64,000 bases of DNA, from positions 605,433-669,432 of the forward strand of contig OY820914.1 in NCBI GenBank assembly GCA_963682005.1, given 5' to 3'. This stretch comes from Bacteroidales bacterium. Lineage in GTDB: Bacteria > Bacteroidota > Bacteroidia > Bacteroidales > FEN-979. Position 1 is the first letter of the stretch. Each line of letters begins with the position of its first letter. The notes beneath the pieces are model-generated. The model was not told the origin of the DNA. It made no database searches and saw only the letters and a list, made by a program, of their open reading frames with translations. Below are positions 1 to 9,300 of this stretch, piece after piece. A program made the position numbers and the translations under genes.

Positions 1-1
1 G

Positions 2-340
2 AAAATTGCATTCCCGACCGATGACGGGTTAATGATCGCTGAAGAATTCAACCAGGCAAAAGGTTTTCTCATACTTACAGTTGAGTTGGGAGAGATCGAA
101 CAACAGGAAATGAGGTGGAATACCAGCATCGACCCCTTGCAAAACGGATTCGGATCCTTCGCAAATCTTGATGGTTGCGACATCCTGATCGTACGCGAGA
201 TTCCGGAAAATTCCAGGGATTTCCTTACAGGAAAAGGCATAGAGGTGAACCGGACCAATGAGTTGATCATCACAAAATCGATCATAAAATTCATTGACAG
301 TTCCCTGAGGGAAAAGGCAAACAGCTGCTGCTGCCCCTGA
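2..340 (+). CDS. NifB/NifX-family (iron-molybdenum cofactor-binding-like) protein, 5'-truncated by the window edge
   Basis: Frame is open from base 2 (KIAFPTDDGLMIAEEFNQAKGF...). The KIA-P-DDG...F..A..F pattern is typical of NifX-like proteins. Paralogue of 9301..9663; ends in CCCP. Confidence 0.65.
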   Translation, partial: KIAFPTDDGLMIAEEFNQAKGFLILTVELGEIEQQEMRWNTSIDPLQNGFGSFANLDGCDILIVREIPENSRDFLTGKGIEVNRTNELIITKSIIKFIDSSLREKANSCCCP

Positions 341-408
341 GATTACCGTCTTTCTTCCTGATATTGAATGTTTGCTAAGAAAATTATCTCCTTTACTGAG
401 AAAAAATT

Positions 409-1899
409 ATGCTTTTACTTGACCGGAAAATTGTAACCCTTGAAAAATATTTCCAAAAATACCGGGAGAACACGATTGGCAATGATCACCGCTTTTTAAC
501 TCCGTTCGGGTATAAAAGAATGATCTATGCAGATTGGATCGCCAGCGGCAGGCTTTATAATCCGATTGAAAAACAATTGACTTATACCATTGGGCCTTTC
601 GTGGGCAATACCCATACCGAAACCAGCGAGAACGGCAAACGGATGACCCAGGCTTACCACATGGCCCATGAGAAGATCAAGAACCATGTTAATGCCGGGC
701 CAGATGATGTGATCCTGACTACCGGCTTCGGGATGACAGGTGCCATTGTAAAATTTCAGCGTATCCTTGGATTAAAGACCTGTGGAGAGATTTCCCATCG
801 TACTTGCCTGAAAGAAGCCGACAGGCCTGTAATATTCGTGACTCACATGGAGCATCATTCCAACCAGACCACGTGGTATGAAACCTCCGCTGATGTTGTC
901 GTGATCGAACCGGGGAAGGATATGCTGGTCGACCTTAACAGGCTGGAGGATACCTTGAAAAAATACAAAGACCGGAAACGAAAAATCGGTTCATTTACGG
1001 CTTGCTCCAACGTGACCGGTATCCGGACTCCTTATCATAAAATGGCAAGAATGATGCACGAGCATGGCGGACTTGCATTTATTGACTTCGCTGCCTCTGC
1101 ACCTTATGATGAAATAAATCTTCACCCCCAGGACCCTTTTGAGAAGATCGACGGGATGTTCTTCTCCCCGCATAAATTCCTTGGCGGACCGGGGGCATCA
1201 GGCGTACTGATTTTCGACTCGGGCCTTTACAATAACAAAGTGCCTGACCAGCCCGGGGGTGGTACGGTCGACTGGACAAACCCCTGGGGCGAATACAAGT
1301 ATATCGACAACATCGAAACCCGTGAAGATGGAGGAACCCCGGGCTTCCTGCAGGCAATACGAACGGCCCTCGCCCTGGAACTTAAAAACCAGATGAATGT
1401 TGCGAATATCCATGATCGCGAAAAACAACTGATAACCCTGGCATTCCGTGAACTTCAATCAGTACCCGACATCCAGATCCTGGCTGGTCATGTGCAGGAC
1501 CGGCTTGGCGTGATTTCCTTCTATATCCCGTCCATTCACTACAACCTGATCGTGAAACTGCTTAGCGACCGGTTTGGGATCCAGGTAAGAGGCGGCTGTG
1601 CCTGTGCCGGTACATATGGCCATTACCTTCTTGATGTCAGCTACACAAAGTCGAAAAGCATTACGGAGAAGATCAATCATGGCGATCTCTCCGAAAAACC
1701 AGGATGGGTAAGGCTTTCTCTCCATCCAACCATGACGGATGATGAAATAAGATTCATTGCCGATGCATTGAAACAAATCCGGAAACATCATCAGCTATGG
1801 AGCCAGGATTATTTCTATAACAAACACACGAATGAATTCAGTCACAAGCTTGAAACCCCCGGGAACAATACCGTTAACGAGTGGTTCCGCCTGAAATGA
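409..1899 (+). CDS. PLP-dependent class V aminotransferase (cysteine desulfurase/selenocysteine lyase-like)
   Basis: EHHSN, DFAASAPY, FSPHKFLGG (PLP lysine), GGGTV, GTP and RGGCACAG (catalytic Cys region) motifs. Confidence 0.85.
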   Translation: MLLLDRKIVTLEKYFQKYRENTIGNDHRFLTPFGYKRMIYADWIASGRLYNPIEKQLTYTIGPFVGNTHTETSENGKRMTQAYHMAHEKIKNHVNAGPDDVILTTGFGMTGAIVKFQRILGLKTCGEISHRTCLKEADRPVIFVTHMEHHSNQTTWYETSADVVVIEPGKDMLVDLNRLEDTLKKYKDRKRKIGSFTACSNVTGIRTPYHKMARMMHEHGGLAFIDFAASAPYDEINLHPQDPFEKIDGMFFSPHKFLGGPGASGVLIFDSGLYNNKVPDQPGGGTVDWTNPWGEYKYIDNIETREDGGTPGFLQAIRTALALELKNQMNVANIHDREKQLITLAFRELQSVPDIQILAGHVQDRLGVISFYIPSIHYNLIVKLLSDRFGIQVRGGCACAGTYGHYLLDVSYTKSKSITEKINHGDLSEKPGWVRLSLHPTMTDDEIRFIADALKQIRKHHQLWSQDYFYNKHTNEFSHKLETPGNNTVNEWFRLK

Positions 1900-1921
1900 C
1901 ACTATGGTGCCTTTCTTCATT

Positions 1922-1961
1922 TTGTGATAAATATCACAATTCCACTTGTGATGAATCACAA
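1922..1961. promoter_or_regulatory. Tandem palindromic operator(s), Crp/Fnr- or Rex-like
   Basis: TTGTGA-TAAATA-TCACAA at 1922-1939 and TTGTGA-TGAA-TCACAA at 1946-1961, upstream of the dsrE2-tusA-hdr operon. Confidence 0.6.
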
Positions 1962-1992
1962 TAATATCACCTGACCCGATTGAACACCAAAC

Positions 1993-2000
1993 TATCTTTG
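1993..2000 (+). promoter_or_regulatory. Bacteroidota housekeeping -7 promoter element
   Basis: TATCTTTG matches TAnnTTTG, 46 bp before the dsrE2 start. Confidence 0.55.
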
Positions 2001-2046
2001 CAGCACTCAATATTCACATATCTATATATATAATAACACCTTTAAT

Positions 2047-2592
2047 ATGATCACAGACATTGATAAACAGCTCGGCGAACTAAAAACACAAGTCTCCAGG
2101 CTTGAAGCCGGAACAAAAGACCAACTATCGATGGTTGTCTTCTCCGGCGATCTTGATAAAATACTTGCCGCCATGATCATTTCAACAGGGGCTGCAGCGT
2201 ATGACATGAAAGTCAAGCTCTTCTTTACGTTCTGGGCCATTTCTGCACTTCGCGACCCGAAGAAAAATGGCAAAGGAAAGAATCTGGTCGAGAAGATGTT
2301 CGGCTTTATGCTTCCCAGGGGCAGCAATAAGGTGGCCCTTTCGAAGATGAACATGGCCGGGATGGGAAAAGCGATGATCAAGGGGATCATGAAAAAACAC
2401 GGGGTTCCTTCGCTGGAAGAGTTGATCCGTACCGCAGGTGAGTTAGGTGTTGAGATAAACATCTGTGAAATGTCGATGAACCTGATGGGATTCAAAAAAG
2501 AAGAAATGATCGATTATCCCAACATGACCATCTGTGGTGTCGCCACATTTTTATCAGATGCACAGGAGAGTAAAATTCAATTATTTATTTAA
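2047..2592 (+). CDS. DsrE/DsrF/DrsH-like (DsrE2) sulfurtransferase
   Basis: SMVVFSGDLDK, LFFTFWA, conserved ICEMSMNLMG Cys motif and C-terminal GVATFL...LFI. Confidence 0.85.
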   Translation: MITDIDKQLGELKTQVSRLEAGTKDQLSMVVFSGDLDKILAAMIISTGAAAYDMKVKLFFTFWAISALRDPKKNGKGKNLVEKMFGFMLPRGSNKVALSKMNMAGMGKAMIKGIMKKHGVPSLEELIRTAGELGVEINICEMSMNLMGFKKEEMIDYPNMTICGVATFLSDAQESKIQLFI

Positions 2593-2603
2593 TACATAAA
2601 ACA

Positions 2604-2855
2604 ATGACTACTGACGAACTGAAAAGCGTAAAATCGAATAAAATCGTTGATGCCCGTGGAACAGCCTGTCCCGGCCCTTTATTGGCAGCCAAGAAAGCGA
2701 TCGGCGAGATCGAATCAGGCGACATTATGGAGATTTACTCTTCCGATGAAGGAACAAAAAATGATATTCCAAAGTGGTGCCAGAAAATGACCCATGATTT
2801 CCTTGGAATTGTTGAAGAAGACAGCTATTCCAGGCTGTTCATGAAAAAAGCATAG
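2604..2855 (+). CDS. tusA: TusA-family sulfur carrier protein
   Basis: DARGTACPGP (CPxP persulfide Cys) and DIPKW; 83 aa. Confidence 0.9.
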   Translation: MTTDELKSVKSNKIVDARGTACPGPLLAAKKAIGEIESGDIMEIYSSDEGTKNDIPKWCQKMTHDFLGIVEEDSYSRLFMKKA

Positions 2856-3012
2856 TAATTTTCATTTCATTGCTTACACCGGGTAAATTCGGAAATCCTT
2901 TGTGCCCTCCGTGAATCCCATGTGTCCTTTGTGGTTTTTATTTTTTATTTAAGCCTTGTTTGAGATCTTTTGTAATTCGATCTCCGGCTATAGAATTGTT
3001 AAAAATTTAACT

Positions 3013-3411
3013 ATGGAAAACCGACCCAAACGCCCAAAGATCCTTGTCTTTTCCACCGATAAGATCTCTGATCCAGGCATTGACCAGGCAGGACTGAGAA
3101 AGATCCACTACTCACCCAGTGTTTACACCATCAGCCTCCCCTGCTCCTCCGGGATAAAACCCCGATGGATCCTGCATGCCTTTGAACAGGGTTTCGATGG
3201 CGTTTTCATCGCAGCCGACGGACATGAATGTTCTTACAGCCCGAAATGTCCCGACTTCACCAACAGGATCATCGAAGAGTCGCAGCGACTTATGAAGGAA
3301 AATAACATCAACCCGAAAAGGATCAGGATGGCCGCGATCTGCTCTGTATGTGCAGAACCTTTTGCCGGCCATATGGCCAATTTTAGTAAAATTTTATCAG
3401 AACTCGAATGA
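3013..3411 (+). CDS. MvhD/FlpD-like hydrogenase iron-sulfur (delta) subunit, variant
   Basis: PKILVF...D.AG...Y...LPCSSG...AF..GFDGV...INPKR pattern. ATG at 3013 is preferred over the TTG at 2956. Overlaps the next start (ATGA). Confidence 0.8.
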   Translation: MENRPKRPKILVFSTDKISDPGIDQAGLRKIHYSPSVYTISLPCSSGIKPRWILHAFEQGFDGVFIAADGHECSYSPKCPDFTNRIIEESQRLMKENNINPKRIRMAAICSVCAEPFAGHMANFSKILSELE

Positions 3412-6155
3412 CGAAGAAAATCCAAAATTACGATACACTGGTGATCGGAGGCGGGATTGCCGGACAGGAAGCTGCGCTTAACCTGGCCAATATGGATTAC
3501 AAAGTCCTCCTGGTAGAAAAAGGACTCTCCATCGGCGGGAAAATGATCCAGCTTAGCAAAGTCTTCCCTACACTAGACTGTGCAGCCTGCATTACCACAC
3601 CAAAAATGTCGGAAACCGCAAGGCATCCGAACATCACCTTGCTGCTGAACAGCCAGGTTGAAAGCATTCGCAGGGAAAATGGCGATTTCAGCGTGGAGAT
3701 CGCGAAACACCCGAGGTATGTGATCCCTGAATCCTGCACGGGGTGCCAGGAATGTGAACAGGCCTGCCCGGAAGTAAGGCCGGATGAATACAATGCAAAT
3801 CTTGCCGGGAGGAAAGTTGCCTATATACCTTTCAGCCTGGCAAACCCACGCATTGCAGTGATCGACCGCCAGGAAACCTCAGCACCATGCATCGCAGCAT
3901 GCCCCGGTGGTGTAAAACCATATGGGTATGTGTCACTGGTGAGAAACGGACAATATGAAGAGGCCATGAACCTTCACCTTGAAGATGCACCGCTCCCCGG
4001 CAGCCTCGGCCGTGCCTGCTATGCTCCCTGCCAGGGTGAATGCACACGTGCCAGCCTGGAAGGATCTGTCGACATGCGCCGGATAAAAAGATTCTTTGCC
4101 GAAGATTATTACAACAAGTATCCGACGCCTCCCGCCCGGACCATCGAAACGAAAAGCGGGAAAAAAGTGGCCGTTATCGGCTCCGGTCCTGCCGGACTCA
4201 CTGCTGCCTATTTCCTTGCCCTTAAAGGTCATAATGTGAAGATCTTTGAAGCAGCGCCCCAACTGGGCGGAATGCTGAAGATGACCCTGCCTGAATACCG
4301 TCTTCCCAATGCAGTCGTGGACCGTGACATTCTGAATGTCCTCTCCCTGGGTGTTGAATATGAGGTAAACAGGAGGATCGAAAACCTTGACAATCTTAAG
4401 AAAGAAGGATTTGAAACGGTTTTTGTTTCTGTTGGGACCCATGAGACAAGCAAAATGAATGTCGAAGGGTCTGATCTCAAAGGTATCGTGTCATGCCTTG
4501 ATTTCCTGCGTGAATCCAAGATTGGCAAAAAGAGTGACCTTACCGGGAAAAAGGTGATGGTCATTGGAGGCGGAAATACAGCGATGGACGCTTCACGCAC
4601 GGCCATCAGGCTGGGCGCGTCTAGCGTGAAGATCATTTACCGGAGAAGCAGGTCGGAAATGCCCGCCTGGAAAATAGAGATCCAGGAAGCAGAAGAAGAA
4701 GGCGTAAAGATCAGTGAACTCTGTAATCCTGTGAAGTTCACCGGGGTGAATGGCATAGTTAATAAAGTAGAGCTGATCCGGATGAAACTCGGCGAACCGG
4801 ATGCAAGTGGCCGGAAAAGACCAGTTCCCGTGGAAGGCTCTGAATATACGGAAGAAGCTGATTTCATCATCGAAGCCATCGGCTTGCAACCTACAACTTC
4901 TGTTTTCAGCAATGAACTGGAACTTAAGAAAAACGGCACCATCAAAGTCAACGAAAAAACCCTCCAGACAACAAAGCCTTGGATTTTCGCAGGTGGTGAT
5001 ACGGTCACCGGTCCCTCAACCATTATCGAAGCGGTCGGACAAGGGAAAAAAGCTGCTTTTTACATCGACAAGTTCCTTCTGAACGAAAATCCTGAAGATT
5101 ACGAATTCGGCGATAAGCTGGCACCGGTCGATAAAAAAAAGATCCTTGAACACAAGAATATTATGCCGTTACCGGCGCTGAAGGAAAAGTTCAGACCGGT
5201 TCATGAAAGGATCAGGGATTTCCTGGATGTGGAAAATACATTCACCTCGGAAGAGGCCAGGCAAAGCACTGAGCGCTGCCTTGACTGCAGCAATTGCCGT
5301 GAATGCCACCAGTGTATTTCGGCCTGCCCGGCCCATGCGATCGATTTTTCCCAGAAAGAAGAAACAGTCAGGGCGAAAGCCGGATCAGTCATTGTCTCCA
5401 CCGGGTTCAACTTGTTTGATCCGGATGCAAAGCCACAATACGGCTCGGCAAAATATGCCAATGTTATCGACTCGCTTCAGATGGACAGGCTGATCGCTCC
5501 AACCAGGCCTTTTAACAATGTTCTCCGGCCAGGTGACGGGAAAGTCCCGGGAAATATTGCCTACGTTCTGTGCACCGGGTCAAGGGATTCAAGCCTCGAG
5601 AATTACCGTTCCTGCAGCGCCGCAAGTGCCAACAACCCGATCTGTTCGCAGATCTGTTGCATGTACTCGGTCAAACAGGCCCAGCTTCTTATGGGAGCTT
5701 TGCCCATGGCCGACATCAGCATCTATTACATGGATATCAGGGCATTCGGAAAAGGATACGAAGAATTCTTCCAGCAGTCGAAATCGATGGGGGTGAATTT
5801 TGTCAAAGGTAAAGTGGCGAAGATCCGTGAAAAGGAAGATGGCAGCGGCGATCTCATTCTGCGGTTTGAAAACATCGAAACCGGCCAGGTGAAAGAGGTA
5901 AGCCATGATCTTGTGGTGCTTTCCGTTGGTATAAAGCCCGACAACAAGATCGTAAAAGCATTCAGGGATGCCACCCTGGAAGTGGATGAATTCAGCTTCA
6001 TAAAATCGGTGGATGTTCTTACAAATCCTGCCAGGACAAACATCGAGGGCGTTTTCGTTGCAGGAACTGCCTCCGGCCCTATGGACATTCCGGATTCGAT
6101 ATTATCCGCCGGTTGTGCCGCTTCTGAAACGGCCAGTTATCTAAACAACAAGTAA
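3408..6155 (+). CDS. HdrA-family flavoprotein with an inserted GltD/NfnB-like NAD(P)H-binding module (HdrL-type)
   Basis: HdrA parts: GGGIAG, FPTLDCAAC, CTGSRD...CSQICC. Ferredoxin motifs CTGCQECEQACP and CRECHQCISACP. GltD-like parts: APCIAACP, GRACYAPCQGEC, GSGPAG, GGGNTAMD, RRSRSEMPA, FAGGD. Confidence 0.85.
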   Translation: MTKKIQNYDTLVIGGGIAGQEAALNLANMDYKVLLVEKGLSIGGKMIQLSKVFPTLDCAACITTPKMSETARHPNITLLLNSQVESIRRENGDFSVEIAKHPRYVIPESCTGCQECEQACPEVRPDEYNANLAGRKVAYIPFSLANPRIAVIDRQETSAPCIAACPGGVKPYGYVSLVRNGQYEEAMNLHLEDAPLPGSLGRACYAPCQGECTRASLEGSVDMRRIKRFFAEDYYNKYPTPPARTIETKSGKKVAVIGSGPAGLTAAYFLALKGHNVKIFEAAPQLGGMLKMTLPEYRLPNAVVDRDILNVLSLGVEYEVNRRIENLDNLKKEGFETVFVSVGTHETSKMNVEGSDLKGIVSCLDFLRESKIGKKSDLTGKKVMVIGGGNTAMDASRTAIRLGASSVKIIYRRSRSEMPAWKIEIQEAEEEGVKISELCNPVKFTGVNGIVNKVELIRMKLGEPDASGRKRPVPVEGSEYTEEADFIIEAIGLQPTTSVFSNELELKKNGTIKVNEKTLQTTKPWIFAGGDTVTGPSTIIEAVGQGKKAAFYIDKFLLNENPEDYEFGDKLAPVDKKKILEHKNIMPLPALKEKFRPVHERIRDFLDVENTFTSEEARQSTERCLDCSNCRECHQCISACPAHAIDFSQKEETVRAKAGSVIVSTGFNLFDPDAKPQYGSAKYANVIDSLQMDRLIAPTRPFNNVLRPGDGKVPGNIAYVLCTGSRDSSLENYRSCSAASANNPICSQICCMYSVKQAQLLMGALPMADISIYYMDIRAFGKGYEEFFQQSKSMGVNFVKGKVAKIREKEDGSGDLILRFENIETGQVKEVSHDLVVLSVGIKPDNKIVKAFRDATLEVDEFSFIKSVDVLTNPARTNIEGVFVAGTASGPMDIPDSILSAGCAASETASYLNNK

Positions 6156-6158
6156 CAC

Positions 6159-8156
6159 ATGGAAAATAAAGAAAAAAAAGAACGGATCGGTGTCTATATC
6201 TGTCATTGCGGTGGGAATATTTCCGATTATGTTGATGTTGCACAGATCAAGGACCTTGTAAAAACCGAGGACGGGGTTGTCGTATCAAAGAATGTCATGT
6301 TCGCATGCGCCGATTCCAACCAGAAGGAAATGATAAAGGATATCCGGGATGGCAACCTCGATGCGATCGTAGTGGCTTCCTGCTCCCCGAAACTTCATCT
6401 CCATACCTTCAGGAATGTCGCTGCCCGGGCCGGGATAAATCCCTATAACTACACACAGGTAAATATCCGTGAACAATGTTCATGGGCCCATTCGGATACT
6501 CCGAAGGAGGCCAGCCTGAAAGCAGCAGGGCTCATCCGTGCCGGGATCAGGAAAGTGGCCTTTTCTGAAGCACTTGAAAATATTGAGGTCTCATCCACAC
6601 GGGCAGCAGTCGTTATCGGTGGAGGCGTTTCCGGTATGCGCGCAGCCATCGACCTGGCAAAGATGGGGAATATGGTATACCTTATCGAAAAGGAAACAAT
6701 CCTGGGCGGCCAGGTTGCAAAATGGGGAGACCTTTTTATTACCGGGCAATCCGGGAAAAAAATAGTGGAGACCCTTCAGACGGAAGTGAAAAAGCAAACA
6801 AATATCACGGTCTTCACCTCTGCCTCGGTTGAAAAAGTCTCCGGCAGCCTGGGGAACTTTCAGGTCGAAGTGAAAACAGGCAATGAGACGCTTAACCTGG
6901 CAGCGGGAGCCATCCTTGTCACCACCGGTTTCGACAATTATCAGCCGGCAGAAAATGAGTTCGGATACAAGAATGTGGATGCAGTCATTACCTTGCCCGA
7001 ATTCAGGGAACTCCTTGACAATAGCAGGGAAACCCTGGTTTACAAGAACAAGGCGATAAAAACCATTGCCTATATCTATTGCACCGGCACAAGGCAGACG
7101 AAAGGCGAGAATAAATATTGTTCACGGGTTTGCTGTACAACAGCGATCCACAGCTCGATCCTGCTTCACGAAAAATTCAGGGGAATCACTGCAATCCATC
7201 TTTACCGGGATATCCGGACCTATGGGAAACAGGAGATCCTCTATGAAAAGGCCTCAAAGAACGGTGATATTTTCATCAAATACGAGGAGAAAACACCGCC
7301 TGTTGTTGAACAGGTTAACGGTAAGCCTTTCATAAAAGTTAAAGATGAGCTTACACGGAAGATGGTACTTGAACTGGAGCCTGACCTTGTCGTCCTTGTC
7401 ACTGGGATGGTTCCACGCACCGACAGCAATATCATCGCACAGAAATTGAAAATACCTGTAGGAAATGATAAATTCTTCAACGAGATCCATCCTAAGCTCA
7501 GGCCGGTTGAAACGGTGATAAACGGGGTTTTCCTCGGGGGATCGTGCCAGGGGCCGAAGAACATTTCCGAATCGGTGCAATCCTCATTGTCGGCAGCTGT
7601 CAAGATCAATGCCCTGACAAAGAACCCTACCATTCTGCTTGAACCGATCATTGCAAGAGTGAATTTTGAAGCCTGCACCTGGTGCGGGAAATGTGCGGAA
7701 GTATGTGAATATGACGCCATCCATCCATTGGAAATGCATGGTAAAGTCGTAGCAACAGTGAACGAAGCCGTTTGCAAAGGGTGCGGGATCTGTGCACCCG
7801 TTTGCCCCGTTGATGCAATCGACATTGCCCAGTATTCGAATACTGAGATCGAAGGGATGATCGATGGATTCTGCCAGGAAATAGAAATTAAAGTGGCTGA
7901 AAAATCCGGTCCGGACAACAATGAGGAAGCCGGAACAGGAATGAAGGATATGCCGCAGATATGGCGCAGGATAGCGTCATCCCTGGAATCTGAACCCAAA
8001 ACAATACCGGTGATGGCAAAAGAGCTTGGACTTGAAAAAGAACTTGTGACCTGGCACCTGATGACCATGAACAAATACAGCATTGTGGAGGCTGCCGGCA
8101 TCGATGATACTGATGAATATTATATGTATAAACTGAAAAATCAACAGCATGGCTAA
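6159..8156 (+). CDS. Heterodisulfide reductase subunit A-family (HdrA/QmoA-B-like) protein with C-terminal ferredoxin and winged-helix-like tail
   Basis: GVYICHCGGNI, CSPKLH, NIREQCSWAH, GGGVSG, CTGTR...CSRVCC, HPKLRPVET and two CxxCxxCxxxC motifs. Confidence 0.88.
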   Translation: MENKEKKERIGVYICHCGGNISDYVDVAQIKDLVKTEDGVVVSKNVMFACADSNQKEMIKDIRDGNLDAIVVASCSPKLHLHTFRNVAARAGINPYNYTQVNIREQCSWAHSDTPKEASLKAAGLIRAGIRKVAFSEALENIEVSSTRAAVVIGGGVSGMRAAIDLAKMGNMVYLIEKETILGGQVAKWGDLFITGQSGKKIVETLQTEVKKQTNITVFTSASVEKVSGSLGNFQVEVKTGNETLNLAAGAILVTTGFDNYQPAENEFGYKNVDAVITLPEFRELLDNSRETLVYKNKAIKTIAYIYCTGTRQTKGENKYCSRVCCTTAIHSSILLHEKFRGITAIHLYRDIRTYGKQEILYEKASKNGDIFIKYEEKTPPVVEQVNGKPFIKVKDELTRKMVLELEPDLVVLVTGMVPRTDSNIIAQKLKIPVGNDKFFNEIHPKLRPVETVINGVFLGGSCQGPKNISESVQSSLSAAVKINALTKNPTILLEPIIARVNFEACTWCGKCAEVCEYDAIHPLEMHGKVVATVNEAVCKGCGICAPVCPVDAIDIAQYSNTEIEGMIDGFCQEIEIKVAEKSGPDNNEEAGTGMKDMPQIWRRIASSLESEPKTIPVMAKELGLEKELVTWHLMTMNKYSIVEAAGIDDTDEYYMYKLKNQQHG

Positions 8157-9261
8157 AATTGATCCAGGATTCGCATCCGAAATTAAGAAATACGGAGCCA
8201 GGGATTTCACTGCCTGCTTCAATTGCGGTAATTGCACCGCCGTGTGCGGTCTGACCGATAAAAATGCAAACTTCCCCCGGATGTTCATCCGTGATGGCAT
8301 GCTTGGACTGAAGGATGACATCCTTCAAAGCAAGGAACTATGGCTATGCTATGCCTGCGGAGAATGCTCGGAAACCTGTCCGCGTCAGGCCGGACCTGGC
8401 GATTATATGGCTGCCCTCAGGCGTTATGCCATCGCAAGTTATGAGCCTACAGGACTTACGAAGCTTATCTTTAAGAGCAACCCGCTTTTTATCCTGTTTA
8501 CCATCCTCCTGTCTGTCCTTCTTGGATTTTTCCTGTTCACGCTCAAACCGGAATATGAAGTTTCAAGATGGTTGTTTACGATCTTTCCCTATGCAGTGAT
8601 CCACAATATGGGACTTGTTGTTTTTGGTATCACCGGGATCTCTATGATTTGGGGATTGTTGACGATGTTCCTGAAACTATCGAAAAAAACGGTAAAAAAT
8701 GAAAATTCGAAAGGAAAATTTTTCAGTTCATTGGGTGGGATTGTAAAAGAAATGTCGACAATGAACCGCTACAAAACATGCGACGCTGAAGAGGATTCTT
8801 TCTGGAAGAATAAATCTGCGGCTCTGCAGCCCTGGTTTGTCCACTGGTCAATCATGTGGGGATTCATCGGCTTGCTCCTCGCAACCACCCTGGATTTTAT
8901 CCTGAAGGATCCTGAAACAGCCATCTGGTGGCCGACCCGGATACTGGGAACAATTTCCGGATTACTCCTTGTTTACGGAACCAGCATTGCCATTAATTAC
9001 CGTTTCAAAAAACCAACGAAATCCTATGAAGGAACCCGCCTCTCAGACTGGCTGTTCCTCTGGTTTCTCTGGATTGCGGGGATTACAGGATTCTGGCTCG
9101 AAGTTTCTGTCGCCCTCACCGGTAACAATCTTTTGAGCCACTTCGTTTTACTTATTCATACCATAATTTCAATGGAGCTGGTACTCTTGTTTTCCTTCTC
9201 AAAATTTGCCCACGCAATATACCGTCCCCTGGCGTTATATTTTTATTTTTCAGAAAGATGA
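8149..9261 (+). CDS. QmoC-like membrane subunit (HdrC-type 2[4Fe-4S] domain plus cytochrome b-like TM domain)
   Basis: CFNCGNCTAVC and CYACGECSETCP followed by about 6 TM helices with candidate heme-b histidines; ends SKFAHAIYRP. Confidence 0.8.
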   Translation: MAKIDPGFASEIKKYGARDFTACFNCGNCTAVCGLTDKNANFPRMFIRDGMLGLKDDILQSKELWLCYACGECSETCPRQAGPGDYMAALRRYAIASYEPTGLTKLIFKSNPLFILFTILLSVLLGFFLFTLKPEYEVSRWLFTIFPYAVIHNMGLVVFGITGISMIWGLLTMFLKLSKKTVKNENSKGKFFSSLGGIVKEMSTMNRYKTCDAEEDSFWKNKSAALQPWFVHWSIMWGFIGLLLATTLDFILKDPETAIWWPTRILGTISGLLLVYGTSIAINYRFKKPTKSYEGTRLSDWLFLWFLWIAGITGFWLEVSVALTGNNLLSHFVLLIHTIISMELVLLFSFSKFAHAIYRPLALYFYFSER

Positions 9262-9300
9262 AAAAGTTTTGTTAATTTCACATACTCATATCTAACTCCA

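Noticed and set aside
7241-8101. 286-aa antisense ORF, and the many other short overlapping ORFs in the track
   Set aside because: They are shadows of well-supported genes on the other strand or frame and have no recognisable motifs.
3013-9261. Selenocysteine recoding in Hdr/MvhD genes
   Set aside because: The ORFs are complete with no in-frame TGA at Cys positions.
3408-9261. Evidence of dissimilatory sulfate reduction or methanogenesis
   Set aside because: No aprAB, sat, dsrAB, hdrB or mcr genes in the window; HdrA/Qmo-like genes alone do not show these pathways.
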